From Acidobacteriota bacterium (GTDB lineage: Bacteria > Acidobacteriota > Terriglobia > Bryobacterales > UBA6623), in assembly GCA_027592785.1 (NCBI GenBank), contig JAQCLD010000009.1, positions 49-64,048 on the forward strand: a stretch of 64,000 nt of DNA. The letters are read 5' to 3'. A program made the position numbers and the translations under genes. Under the pieces are notes generated by a model. It saw only the letters and a list, made by a program, of their open reading frames with translations. It did not search any database and was not told the DNA's origin. Shown in pieces: positions 56,086-64,000 of this stretch. Numbering within the stretch: position 1 is the first letter of the stretch; each line of letters begins with the position of its first letter.

Positions 56086-57111
56086 ATGTTGTGCGTCGTG
56101 AGACTCATAGCTGTTCCCTTTACCTTGTTCGCCGCGGCCTTCGCGGGCGTTGCCTGCAGTTCGGGACCGCCGTCTGAGGAGGCATCGACCGAGCCGGTTC
56201 TGTTGATCTCGCAGAAAGCCTCAAAATCCATAGGCTGGTACACGTTAGACGGCGAGTTACTGGCGGAAGCGGCGGTGAGTGATCATCCGCACGAAATCGT
56301 CTTGTCGCCGGACGGCCAGCGGCTGTATGTGACCGACAACGGCGTGATGCAAATTGAGTTCGCCGGCGAAGGCGGCAACAAAGTCTCGATTGTCGACGTA
56401 CCCGGGCGGAAGAAAGTCGGCGAAGTCGACCTCGGCCAGTGGCGTCGTCCTCACGGGATCGGGCTGTGCTCTGATGGAACCCTGCTCGCCACCAGTGAGT
56501 CCCCCGATCAATTGCTGGTGATCGACACGGCCCAGCAGAAAATCGTGCGCACCTTCGACACCGGCGGCGAAACGCCGCACATAGTACATTGCAGCGAAGA
56601 CTCGACCCAGGCCTACGTGTCGAATGCCAGGTCCAGGACCGTAGCCCGCGTCGACCTTGAGACCGGCGAGCGGGAGCTGCTCGAAACAGGCGATCGGCCC
56701 GAGGGTTCCTGCTTATCCCCCGACTATTCCACGCTGTACGTTGCACATCGTGACGCGGACAAAATCGTGGCGATCGATACGGCGGACTGGAGCATCTTGG
56801 GCGAGATCGCCACGCCGGGCGAACCCGTACGGTGCGGCGTGAGCGGAGACGGCAAGATGATCGCCTATGGCCTGTTCGCGGGACAAGGAGTCGGCTTCGC
56901 CGATCTCTCCACCATGACCGAAGTCGGCAGAGTTTCAACGGTCGGCCCGACTGTTTCCCTTGAGATGGCTGCCGACGGCGAAACGGCGCTGGCCTGTGCG
57001 CAGGACCAAGACACTTGCTATATGCTGTCGATTGCGCAGCGCTCGATCACCAACACAATTCACGTAAACGCCGGCTCTGGGCCGGATCCGCTGCTGCTAT
57101 TACAACCATGA
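56086..57111 (+). CDS. YVTN/lactonase-type beta-propeller lipoprotein
   Basis: Lipoprotein-like signal FTLFAAAFAGVACS. Blocks HEIVLSPDGQRLYVTDNG, PHGIGLCSDG, AYVSNARSRTVARVDLETG. Confidence 0.7.
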   Translation: MLCVVRLIAVPFTLFAAAFAGVACSSGPPSEEASTEPVLLISQKASKSIGWYTLDGELLAEAAVSDHPHEIVLSPDGQRLYVTDNGVMQIEFAGEGGNKVSIVDVPGRKKVGEVDLGQWRRPHGIGLCSDGTLLATSESPDQLLVIDTAQQKIVRTFDTGGETPHIVHCSEDSTQAYVSNARSRTVARVDLETGERELLETGDRPEGSCLSPDYSTLYVAHRDADKIVAIDTADWSILGEIATPGEPVRCGVSGDGKMIAYGLFAGQGVGFADLSTMTEVGRVSTVGPTVSLEMAADGETALACAQDQDTCYMLSIAQRSITNTIHVNAGSGPDPLLLLQP

Positions 57112-58142
57112 CGAGATTCAGCTGCTCCGTGCTATCCACATCGGCGATCCTGCTCCTGATCGGTTGTACCGGGCAAGAGCCGGCCGCCGAAGCGGAGGCC
57201 GTCGCCGCGCTCGTCGTCGTCGAAAAGAAGGCCAACCAGGTCGGCTTTTACGCCTCAGACGGGACCCGCCTCGCAGGCGTTTCCGTCGGCGAAACGCCAC
57301 ACGAAATGGTTCTCGACGCCGACGGACGGCATCTCTACGTCAGCGACAACGGCGTGTTATGGATGGACTATGACGGTCCCGGCGGAAACACTGTTTCGAT
57401 TGTGGACCTGGAAACCCGTTCGAAGGTCGGCGAAATCTCCCTCGGCGACTACCATCGCCCGCATGGACTATCGATCGACCCTTCCGGCAAACGGCTGCTG
57501 GTCACCTCGGAGAATCCCAACTCTTTGGTCCTGATCGACCTTAAGACTCGCTCGGTGGTCAAAGCCTACGACAACGGCGGCGATGCGCCCCATATGGTCA
57601 TGTTCGATAAGGCCGGGGAATGGGCCTACGCCAGCAACACCAACAGCAACAACGTGGCTGCGGTGAACCTTGAGACCGGCGCCATCGTCAGCATCACCGG
57701 CTGCGGCGGACCGCAGGGCGGCGTGCTCACCGACGACGGAACCCGATACTACGTCACTTGCAGGGACACCGGCACAATCCAGGTTATCGACACGGCTAGC
57801 AAGTCCGCGGTCGGCGAGATCAAAACGGGCTTAGGCGTCAATCGCATCAACCTCACCCCCGACGAAGGCACGCTGGTTTACTCGATCGGCGGCGAAGGGA
57901 AGTTCGTTGCCTTCGCCGACGTCGCGTCGCTCGAAGAGACGGGCCGCGTCGAACTAGGTGGGCCGCCCTTGTCTTGCACTCTTTCGAGGAACGGGGATTA
58001 TGCGTTCGCAGGAGTTCAGGACAGTGACGAGATCTACGTGATTTCTGTGGCCGACAGAAAGATCGTGCAGGTCATTAAGACGCCCGAAGGCCAGGGCCCA
58101 GACCCCGTAATGGACCTCGGCAGCTATTCGCCGCCCGCCTAG
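57108..58142 (+). CDS. YVTN/lactonase-type beta-propeller lipoprotein (tandem paralogue)
   Basis: Start set at ATG 57108 (ATGA overlap). Signal MTRFSCSVLSTSAILLLIGC. Blocks HEMVLDADGRHLYVSDNG, PHGLSIDPSG, AYASNTNSNNVAAVNLETG are collinear with the upstream gene. Confidence 0.7.
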   Translation: MTRFSCSVLSTSAILLLIGCTGQEPAAEAEAVAALVVVEKKANQVGFYASDGTRLAGVSVGETPHEMVLDADGRHLYVSDNGVLWMDYDGPGGNTVSIVDLETRSKVGEISLGDYHRPHGLSIDPSGKRLLVTSENPNSLVLIDLKTRSVVKAYDNGGDAPHMVMFDKAGEWAYASNTNSNNVAAVNLETGAIVSITGCGGPQGGVLTDDGTRYYVTCRDTGTIQVIDTASKSAVGEIKTGLGVNRINLTPDEGTLVYSIGGEGKFVAFADVASLEETGRVELGGPPLSCTLSRNGDYAFAGVQDSDEIYVISVADRKIVQVIKTPEGQGPDPVMDLGSYSPPA

Positions 58143-59878
58143 CGGATGCTCAGAGCGTAGGGCGTCACCGCCAACATCCCGCCTTGGAGCAGCGCAGGAA
58201 AATTGCGGTCCGCGGACTTCAACAGATCGAAACCATCGAAAGAAAGCTTAGCCTGCGGGAACGAGCCGTCCTCAAAAAGGATTTCGAGAAGATTCTTCGT
58301 CGAAGGGTAAACCACCAGGCTGACGTCGTCGTCTTCCTTGATCCCCGATCGTTCCTTCGCCAAGGCGATCGCGCGCTCGAAGCCGCCTAGCTCGTCGACA
58401 AGCCCATTCTCAAGGGCTTGCACGCCTAACCAAACATGGCCTTGGGCCACTTCGTGAATAGCGTCGTATTCCTTGCCGCGGGCATCGGCCACCTTGCTGA
58501 CGAAGCCGTGATAGATATGCTCGATGCCTTCGCGCAGTTTGACGCGCTCCGCATCACCCAGCGGAAGGTAGTCGCTATCGATGGCCGCGAAACGACCGCG
58601 CGTCAAAATCTCCTTCTTGAGGCCGATCTTGTCGTAAAGCCCGCGCAGATTCACCTTCCCGAAGAAGACTCCGATCGAACCAGTAACCGTGCCAGGGTAG
58701 GCCAAGACTGGTGCATCTTTGATCATCGCCATGTAGTAACCGCCCGAGGCGGCCACGTCGGACATCGAGACGACGATCGGCTTCTCGTCGGCCAACAAAT
58801 TCAACTCGCGCCACATGTCGTCCGAGGCGATCGCATCTCCGCCCGGCGAATCGATTCGCAATACAACGGCGTCGATAGAATCGTCGTCCCGAAGCTGACG
58901 TACAGTCTCGTTGAAGTCGTCAGAAGAGAGTACGCTGTCGCCCCCAAACACCCCGCCGCTGCTTCGCATGATGGAGCCCACGCCGTAGAGAACGGCGATG
59001 CGATTAGTTGAGGACTGTTCCAACTGAATCGCGCCAGACCGCACGTATTCGCTCAAAGTGACCTTGTTCAGTTCGTCGACGACCAGCGCATTGCGGATCA
59101 ATTCATCCTGTTCGTCTGGATACGTCAAGCCGTCGATCAGGCCAGCCTCAACAGCTTGGTCAGGAAGAAAGGGTCCCTCATCCAAAAGCGCGCGTAGCTC
59201 CTCAGTCGTCTTATTGCGCCGTGGAGCCACTCCGTCCAGGAATTGCTTCATGTACTCGTCGAGCATCGCATCGAGCACTTGGCGAAACTCGTCCGACATG
59301 CTGGACCGGGAGTAGGGCTCGGCGGCACTCTTAAATTTGCCGATGCGCTCCATCTCGATGTCGACGCCCACCTTCTCGAACAGGTCCTTATAGAAGGCCA
59401 CCTCAGCGCGCAGACCCTTCACGTCCAGCACGCTTTCAGGCGGCGAGCGTAAGTCGTCCGCAGCGCTGGCGACGTAGTAGTCGATCGTACTCGCGTTAAC
59501 CAGGTAGGCGTAAACGGGCTTATCGCTGTCGCGAAACTTCTCGATCGCCCAGCGCACTTCCTGAGCCTTGGCCCAACCCACCTGCAAGCCGTCTAACTCG
59601 ATCTCCAAAGCCGAGATACGGTCGTCCAGTGCCGCCTTTTCGATGGCCTTGAGCACCGTCAACAACGTAACCGGGGTACGCCCCTGCAAGGACGCGAAAG
59701 ATACGTCTTCAGAGACATGCTCCGGCAAGTCTCCGGACAAGTAAATTTCCAGAACCGAATCGTTCGCGACTCCTGGGGCCGAGGAGCCCGAAGCCATCAC
59801 GAGCAGCAAGAAAACGGCGCCGATCAAGAAGAAAACGAGGAGGACCCCGCTAAGTACGCCGAGCAAAAATTTGGGCAT
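58139..59878 (-). CDS. sppA: signal peptide peptidase SppA, 67K type
   Basis: 579 aa with an N-terminal TM helix and two tandem S49 halves. VSMSDVAASGGYYMA contains the catalytic Ser context. Confidence 0.9.
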   Translation of the reverse strand: MPKFLLGVLSGVLLVFFLIGAVFLLLVMASGSSAPGVANDSVLEIYLSGDLPEHVSEDVSFASLQGRTPVTLLTVLKAIEKAALDDRISALEIELDGLQVGWAKAQEVRWAIEKFRDSDKPVYAYLVNASTIDYYVASAADDLRSPPESVLDVKGLRAEVAFYKDLFEKVGVDIEMERIGKFKSAAEPYSRSSMSDEFRQVLDAMLDEYMKQFLDGVAPRRNKTTEELRALLDEGPFLPDQAVEAGLIDGLTYPDEQDELIRNALVVDELNKVTLSEYVRSGAIQLEQSSTNRIAVLYGVGSIMRSSGGVFGGDSVLSSDDFNETVRQLRDDDSIDAVVLRIDSPGGDAIASDDMWRELNLLADEKPIVVSMSDVAASGGYYMAMIKDAPVLAYPGTVTGSIGVFFGKVNLRGLYDKIGLKKEILTRGRFAAIDSDYLPLGDAERVKLREGIEHIYHGFVSKVADARGKEYDAIHEVAQGHVWLGVQALENGLVDELGGFERAIALAKERSGIKEDDDVSLVVYPSTKNLLEILFEDGSFPQAKLSFDGFDLLKSADRNFPALLQGGMLAVTPYALSIR

Positions 59879-59941
59879 GGTCTAGAACCGAGCAGACATG
59901 CGCCCGAACAAGAACGGACGTCAGAGGCATTATAACGGCGT

Positions 59942-59986
59942 TTGGCCGCGGACCCGTTAGCGGGCGGGTATCAGGTCCGCGGCCAA
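59942..59986 (-). terminator. 13-bp perfect inverted repeat hairpin downstream of the 60005-61795 gene
   Basis: TTGGCCGCGGACC (59942-59954) and GGTCCGCGGCCAA (59974-59986) with a 19-nt loop, 19 nt after the stop at 60005. No U-tract. On the minus strand a TATAAT (59929-59934) follows, about 50 nt upstream of the sppA ATG. Confidence 0.4.
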
Positions 59987-60004
59987 TGAAGCGAGCCTTC
60001 GCCT

Positions 60005-61795
60005 TTACTGAATGGCCTTAATGGCGATCTCGACGCGGTTACTCAGACCAGCGGCGGGGACGTCCAGATAGATCGGCGTTCGAGCATTGGGCGAAGCGCT
60101 GCTCGGAACAGCCACGTTGACTTGGAAAAGCCCAACGAAATTAGGACTCAAGCCAATAAACTGAGGCGTTCGCCCAAAGTTGTTGGGATTCGGGTTACTG
60201 AAGATCACCTTGATGTCCGTTAGCGCGCGCGCCAGCGGCTCCGCATTCGGGGCGCCGGCGCCGCTGACGACCGTGCGGCTCAGCGGACCGAGGCCAGTAG
60301 CGTAGATTTCCAACACATCGTCGGGCCGCGCTGGGCTGGCGGGGATGCTGTACTGCTGTTGGAACGAAGCGGGGAATGGGAAATTATTCAGCGTGGCGTT
60401 CCGGACGGCTCCGTATTCGCCGATTCCCAGACGGAAAATTCCCGCCGACAGCGGCGCCACCTGGATGGAGATCTCATTGCCTGCCTGACCGTCGCGAATG
60501 ACGCTCAGAGTGCGTTCTCCCGCAGCGACCTCATAAGGAACCTGGAAGTTCACCTGGCCATACGACACAAAGAACAAAGGCGCCTCTATGCCGTCAATCA
60601 GCACCTTGGTGCCCTCCATCTCCTTCGGCAAAGGAACGCTTGGTGCGCCGGCGGCCGCATCGGACATCTGCATGCCGAATGCGCTAGCGATGACGCCAGG
60701 CGACAACGGCCTATAGGTTTCGAAATTGGCTCCGTTGACGGCCCCGCGGTAGAACGAGATCGGCCCAGAACGCGTTGCTAGATGCAAAGCGACTCGTACC
60801 ACGTGCGGCGAATTCGCAGCGTTGGAATTGATGGTGACAGTTCCCTCATAGAGCCCCGCCGCTAGTCCGTCAACCGCCGCCTGGATGCCGTATGTGTTGT
60901 TGCCCAGATCCGTTGTGGAGAGCCACGTACCGGCATCGTCCGCTGCGGCCGTCACGTCGGCAACAGCCAGACTGCCCGACCCGCGATTGGAGACGACAAC
61001 TACCGCGTCAGCCGGCGCCAGGCCATCAGCGGCGTTGATCGTTACCTGCTGCTGACTCACCGCGCCGATCGGACTCGCGGTTACATGGAGCGTGACCGGA
61101 ACCGGGCCGTTGTCGGAGGCGAAAGAGGAGCCGCTGACGGTCACCGTTCCGGGCTGATCTCCAGCGCCGCCGCCTTGATACGTTCCGGCGATCCGATGAT
61201 CGTAGACGTTCCTGAACGAACCGCCGTGGTTGTCAGAAACGCTGAGGAAGCTGCCTGCCGGAGCGACGTTCGTGGGCGACATACCGGACTTGCCCGGCGT
61301 GTTGAAAATGATGACGTCACTGGCGCCCACCGTAGGCGGAACGTAGAGATGGATCTCGGACGGCACGTTGCCGCCGACGTAAATCTTCACGGCCACCGTC
61401 TGGGGCGCGTCGATGGCAGCCGTCGCCGTCACCGTCACCGTGCCTTCGTAAGTGCCCCCAGCGAGCGCGCCTGTTTGCAACAGGACGCGGATCCGGCGAC
61501 AGCTGATCGCGCCGTCAAAGGGACAGGGCGCAGCCGCGTCGACTTGCGGAGTCAGCCAGGGCGCGGAACCGCTGGCTTGCACATCAAGGGCGCCGTCGCC
61601 TCCGTTGTAGGCATGGAAGGCGAGATCGGTAGGGCCGTTCGTGCCCGAAGTAACCCAAACCGGCCGGTCAAAAGGGTTCTCCGAAGGGAGCGTGCCGGGC
61701 ATGCGTAAGCGCAGCTTCGGCGCGGCGGACAATGAAGCCCCCACGCACAACGTGATGAGCGCGAGCATGGAGACGCGAATCATGAAACGAGTCAT
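60005..61795 (-). CDS. exported multi-Ig-like protein with C-terminal Solibacter-type TIGR03437-like domain
   Basis: Signal MTRFMIRVSMLALITLCVGASLSA. Repeated G(T/L)YEGTVTV(T/I) Ig-like modules. C-terminus GAVNGANFE...PGVIASAFG...FFVSYGQVNFQVPYEV...SAGIFRL...DVLEIYATGLGPL. Confidence 0.7.
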   Translation of the reverse strand: MTRFMIRVSMLALITLCVGASLSAAPKLRLRMPGTLPSENPFDRPVWVTSGTNGPTDLAFHAYNGGDGALDVQASGSAPWLTPQVDAAAPCPFDGAISCRRIRVLLQTGALAGGTYEGTVTVTATAAIDAPQTVAVKIYVGGNVPSEIHLYVPPTVGASDVIIFNTPGKSGMSPTNVAPAGSFLSVSDNHGGSFRNVYDHRIAGTYQGGGAGDQPGTVTVSGSSFASDNGPVPVTLHVTASPIGAVSQQQVTINAADGLAPADAVVVVSNRGSGSLAVADVTAAADDAGTWLSTTDLGNNTYGIQAAVDGLAAGLYEGTVTINSNAANSPHVVRVALHLATRSGPISFYRGAVNGANFETYRPLSPGVIASAFGMQMSDAAAGAPSVPLPKEMEGTKVLIDGIEAPLFFVSYGQVNFQVPYEVAAGERTLSVIRDGQAGNEISIQVAPLSAGIFRLGIGEYGAVRNATLNNFPFPASFQQQYSIPASPARPDDVLEIYATGLGPLSRTVVSGAGAPNAEPLARALTDIKVIFSNPNPNNFGRTPQFIGLSPNFVGLFQVNVAVPSSASPNARTPIYLDVPAAGLSNRVEIAIKAIQ

Positions 61796-61912
61796 AGATT
61801 TAGCTCTGATTTTGGAAAAGCAGACGCGAACGGGGCCCTATTATTGTAACTCAGTAGAGCGTGCTTGATTTCTGCCGCCCTATGAGCCATCCTAGGCACG
61901 CGAGATACGCGA

Positions 61913-62392
61913 ATGATGACCCGCCGGGCCATAATTCGCCTCCTCGCCTTCTCTACTTCGACGAACGCCGTTTCGTCGCCTTTGCGGGCCGGAGTCCCTG
62001 CTCGGAAGGCGACCTATCGAGGCGGCACGATCACTCAGCTTGAGATCTCTCAGCGTGGAGAGTTGTCTCTTGCGTCTGCGGATCATCTCGTCTTCGACGC
62101 CGGCTCCGCCGATCTCGAAGTCGCCTACACCTCCATCCGAGGCATCGAATACGGCCAAAAAGCCGGACGAAGGCTAGGCCTAGCAGTTGTTGTCTCGCCG
62201 GTGTTTCTGCTTTCCAAGAAGCGCAAGCACTTCTTAACAGTTCATTTCGTCGATACGCACGGCGACTCCCAGGCAGCGGTCTTCGAGCTGGGGAAAAAGA
62301 TCGTTCGCACCACTCTCGCCGCACTGGAAGCGCGTACGGGGCTGCGCATCGAGTACGAAGACGAAGAAGCCCGTAAGGCGGGTGGCCTGTGA
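61913..62392 (+). CDS. hypothetical protein (159 aa)
   Basis: ATG-ATG start, signal-like N-terminus MMTRRAIIRLLAFSTSTNAV, internal hydrophobic segment LGLAVVVSPVFLL. No family recognised. Confidence 0.45.
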   Translation: MMTRRAIIRLLAFSTSTNAVSSPLRAGVPARKATYRGGTITQLEISQRGELSLASADHLVFDAGSADLEVAYTSIRGIEYGQKAGRRLGLAVVVSPVFLLSKKRKHFLTVHFVDTHGDSQAAVFELGKKIVRTTLAALEARTGLRIEYEDEEARKAGGL

Positions 62393-62976
62393 AACCGTTC
62401 TTAGGAATCGTCCTACTGCTGGCGGCAAGCGGAGCACTTACCGCGGCGGAGCCGTCGCAGTCGCTGGCCGACCAACAGCTCCAGAAGTTGGCCGGCGTGC
62501 GGCGACTTTATGTGGAAGAACTCGTGGGCGAAGGCTCCCACGCCATCCGCGACCTGCTTGCGGCGGCGATCCACTCCCGAGGACTCTTCGTCCTAGTGGA
62601 GGATGCCGCGAGCGCCGACGCTTACGTGCGCGGATCCGCTGAGGACCTGATTTACACCGACTACGAGCGCTATAGCTCAGGCATCAACGTCCGCGGTGCG
62701 GCATCCTCAAGTCGGCGGGAGAGCGGAGAGTCGAACTACGGATCAACTTCCTTTGGGGTAGGCGACGACGAAGATACGAACCGCCGCGAGCGCAAGCACG
62801 AGGCCCTTGTCGCTGTGCGGATCGTCCTGAACAATGGCGAAGTGGTCTGGGCTGCCGCCAGAGAGAGCAATGGGGCGAAGTTCCGGGGCGCAGCGGCGGA
62901 TGTCGCTCACGGAGTCGCGGAAGAGCTCGAAGCTGCCGTAACTAAGGCGCGACAACTCGCGCGGCAGCCCGACTAG
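62389..62976 (+). CDS. hypothetical exported protein (195 aa)
   Basis: GTG start overlapping the upstream stop (GTGA). Clear signal peptide MKPFLGIVLLLAASGALTAAEP. No family recognised. Confidence 0.5.
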   Translation: MKPFLGIVLLLAASGALTAAEPSQSLADQQLQKLAGVRRLYVEELVGEGSHAIRDLLAAAIHSRGLFVLVEDAASADAYVRGSAEDLIYTDYERYSSGINVRGAASSSRRESGESNYGSTSFGVGDDEDTNRRERKHEALVAVRIVLNNGEVVWAAARESNGAKFRGAAADVAHGVAEELEAAVTKARQLARQPD

Positions 62977-64000
62977 GCCGGGGCGAGGATGCTCAGCGCC
63001 TTGCCGAGAAAGGGGTCTTCGCGGTCGGCGTCGTCCATCTGTTCGGGGTCGCGCCACTTGCGCAGGTCAGCCGGAGCCACCGCGTTTTCGGGCTCTAGGC
63101 CCTTGCCGTGGACGGTCTCGCCGTTGGGCCGATAGTACTTGGCAACCGAAAGGATCAACTCGGCGCCGTCATCCAAGTCAATCGTCTGTCGCAGCGCCCC
63201 GATGCCGTAGGTCTGCTCGCCGACGATCTTGGCTCGCTCGCGGTCGTGCAGGATCGCGGCTGCGATCTCGGCCGCGCCAGCCGTGCGGCTGTCGACAATG
63301 ACGGCAAGAGAGAAGTCGCCCTCAACGCCCTCCGCTTTCGCTTCGAACTTCTTCTCGGGGTAGCGTTGGCCCTTGGCTGTGCCCAACTCGCCGCTGCTAA
63401 GGAAGAGGTCCGCGAGCTCAAATCCGGCGGCGTGATCGCCAAAAGAATTCTCGCGCAAGTCCAATACAATCTTCGAAGCGCCTTGACTGAGTAATCCGCG
63501 GACGGCCTCAGCTGTCTGCTTAATCCGCTCCGCGTCAACGATGTTCACATCTACGTAGCCGACTCCGCTCTCTAGCATGCGCGAGGTCACATTCGGTAGT
63601 TTGACCTCTTCGCGGGTCAGGTTGAACTCCTGCGGCTCGTCATAGGCCTTGGCCGTCCGCACGAGCAGACGCGTCGTCGAACCGGGCTGACCGCTAAGAC
63701 TGGATACCAACATGGCGGGCGGCAACATGCGCGTGCTGACGTCGTCGATCGCCTCGATCAAGTCGCCGGAGCGCAGACCGGCTCGATATCCCGCAGTGCC
63801 CGGGATTACCGCCAAGATCGCCGCCACGCTACCGCGCTTTTGGACGATCAGTCCGGTCGATAACCCGGTCCCGTGATCGGGATTCTTCTGCGCCGCGTCG
63901 TACTGTTCCACCTGCTCTTCGGTCAGGTAACTAGAAATTGGGTCCAAGTACTCTACTAACCCCTGCAGGGCGCCGTGGGTAACTTTCTGGATGTCCGGCT
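62973..64000 (-). CDS. S41 (C-terminal processing peptidase) family homologue with PDZ domain; catalytic Ser and Lys not conserved; 5' end outside window
   Basis: The frame stays open to the window edge (PDIQKVTHGALQGLVEYLDPISSYL). PDZ-like GLIVQKRGSVAAILAVIPGTAGYRAGLRSGDLIEAIDD. S41 core IVLDLREN...VIVDSRTAGAAEIAAAILHDRERAKIVGEQTYGIGALRQ. Confidence 0.8.
   Translation of the reverse strand, partial: PDIQKVTHGALQGLVEYLDPISSYLTEEQVEQYDAAQKNPDHGTGLSTGLIVQKRGSVAAILAVIPGTAGYRAGLRSGDLIEAIDDVSTRMLPPAMLVSSLSGQPGSTTRLLVRTAKAYDEPQEFNLTREEVKLPNVTSRMLESGVGYVDVNIVDAERIKQTAEAVRGLLSQGASKIVLDLRENSFGDHAAGFELADLFLSSGELGTAKGQRYPEKKFEAKAEGVEGDFSLAVIVDSRTAGAAEIAAAILHDRERAKIVGEQTYGIGALRQTIDLDDGAELILSVAKYYRPNGETVHGKGLEPENAVAPADLRKWRDPEQMDDADREDPFLGKALSILAPA

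Noticed and set aside
1-64000. Looked for CRISPR arrays, IS elements or transposases, integrases, toxin-antitoxin pairs, restriction-modification or other recognisable defence genes, and rRNA or other large structured RNAs.
   Set aside because: None found. There are no regularly spaced repeats, no transposase or integrase motifs in any ORF, and the intergenic regions are mostly under 150 bp.

Overview
GC-rich, densely coding 64-kb chromosomal segment with about 60 protein genes and one tRNA(CAT). I found no rRNA, CRISPR array, transposase, integrase or phage gene. Several families recalled from memory (VWFA-related acidobacterial domain, Solibacter-type TIGR03437 domain, many PSCyt/DUF1549/DUF1553 + DUF1501 pairs, YVTN beta-propellers) suggest an Acidobacteriota (Solibacter/Bryobacter-like) origin, which is an inference. 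Confidently recognised housekeeping genes are mutS2, leuB, pdxS-pdxT, ychF, xseB-ispA-tlyA-nadK, hldD and sppA, interleaved with many exported proteins of unknown role. I see no unambiguous new system such as a defence island. The best candidates are: (1) at 181-15076, an island of exported redox and hydrolytic proteins, where two inverted PSCyt-DUF1549/1553 + DUF1501 modules bracket a cytochrome c / PQQ-dehydrogenase cassette; (2) at 30534-36346, an envelope cluster bounded by two genes that share a conserved SQPAAGCLGVGxGVLL transmembrane motif, one being a membrane-anchored ribosomal L7/L12 C-terminal-domain homologue; (3) a perfect 26-bp frame-breaking tandem duplication in the signal-peptide region of a YVTN propeller gene; (4) six of eleven convergent gene junctions ending in a shared CTAG double stop; (5) an S41 peptidase homologue lacking both the catalytic Ser and Lys. 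All functional calls come from by-eye motif recognition, with no database searches run.
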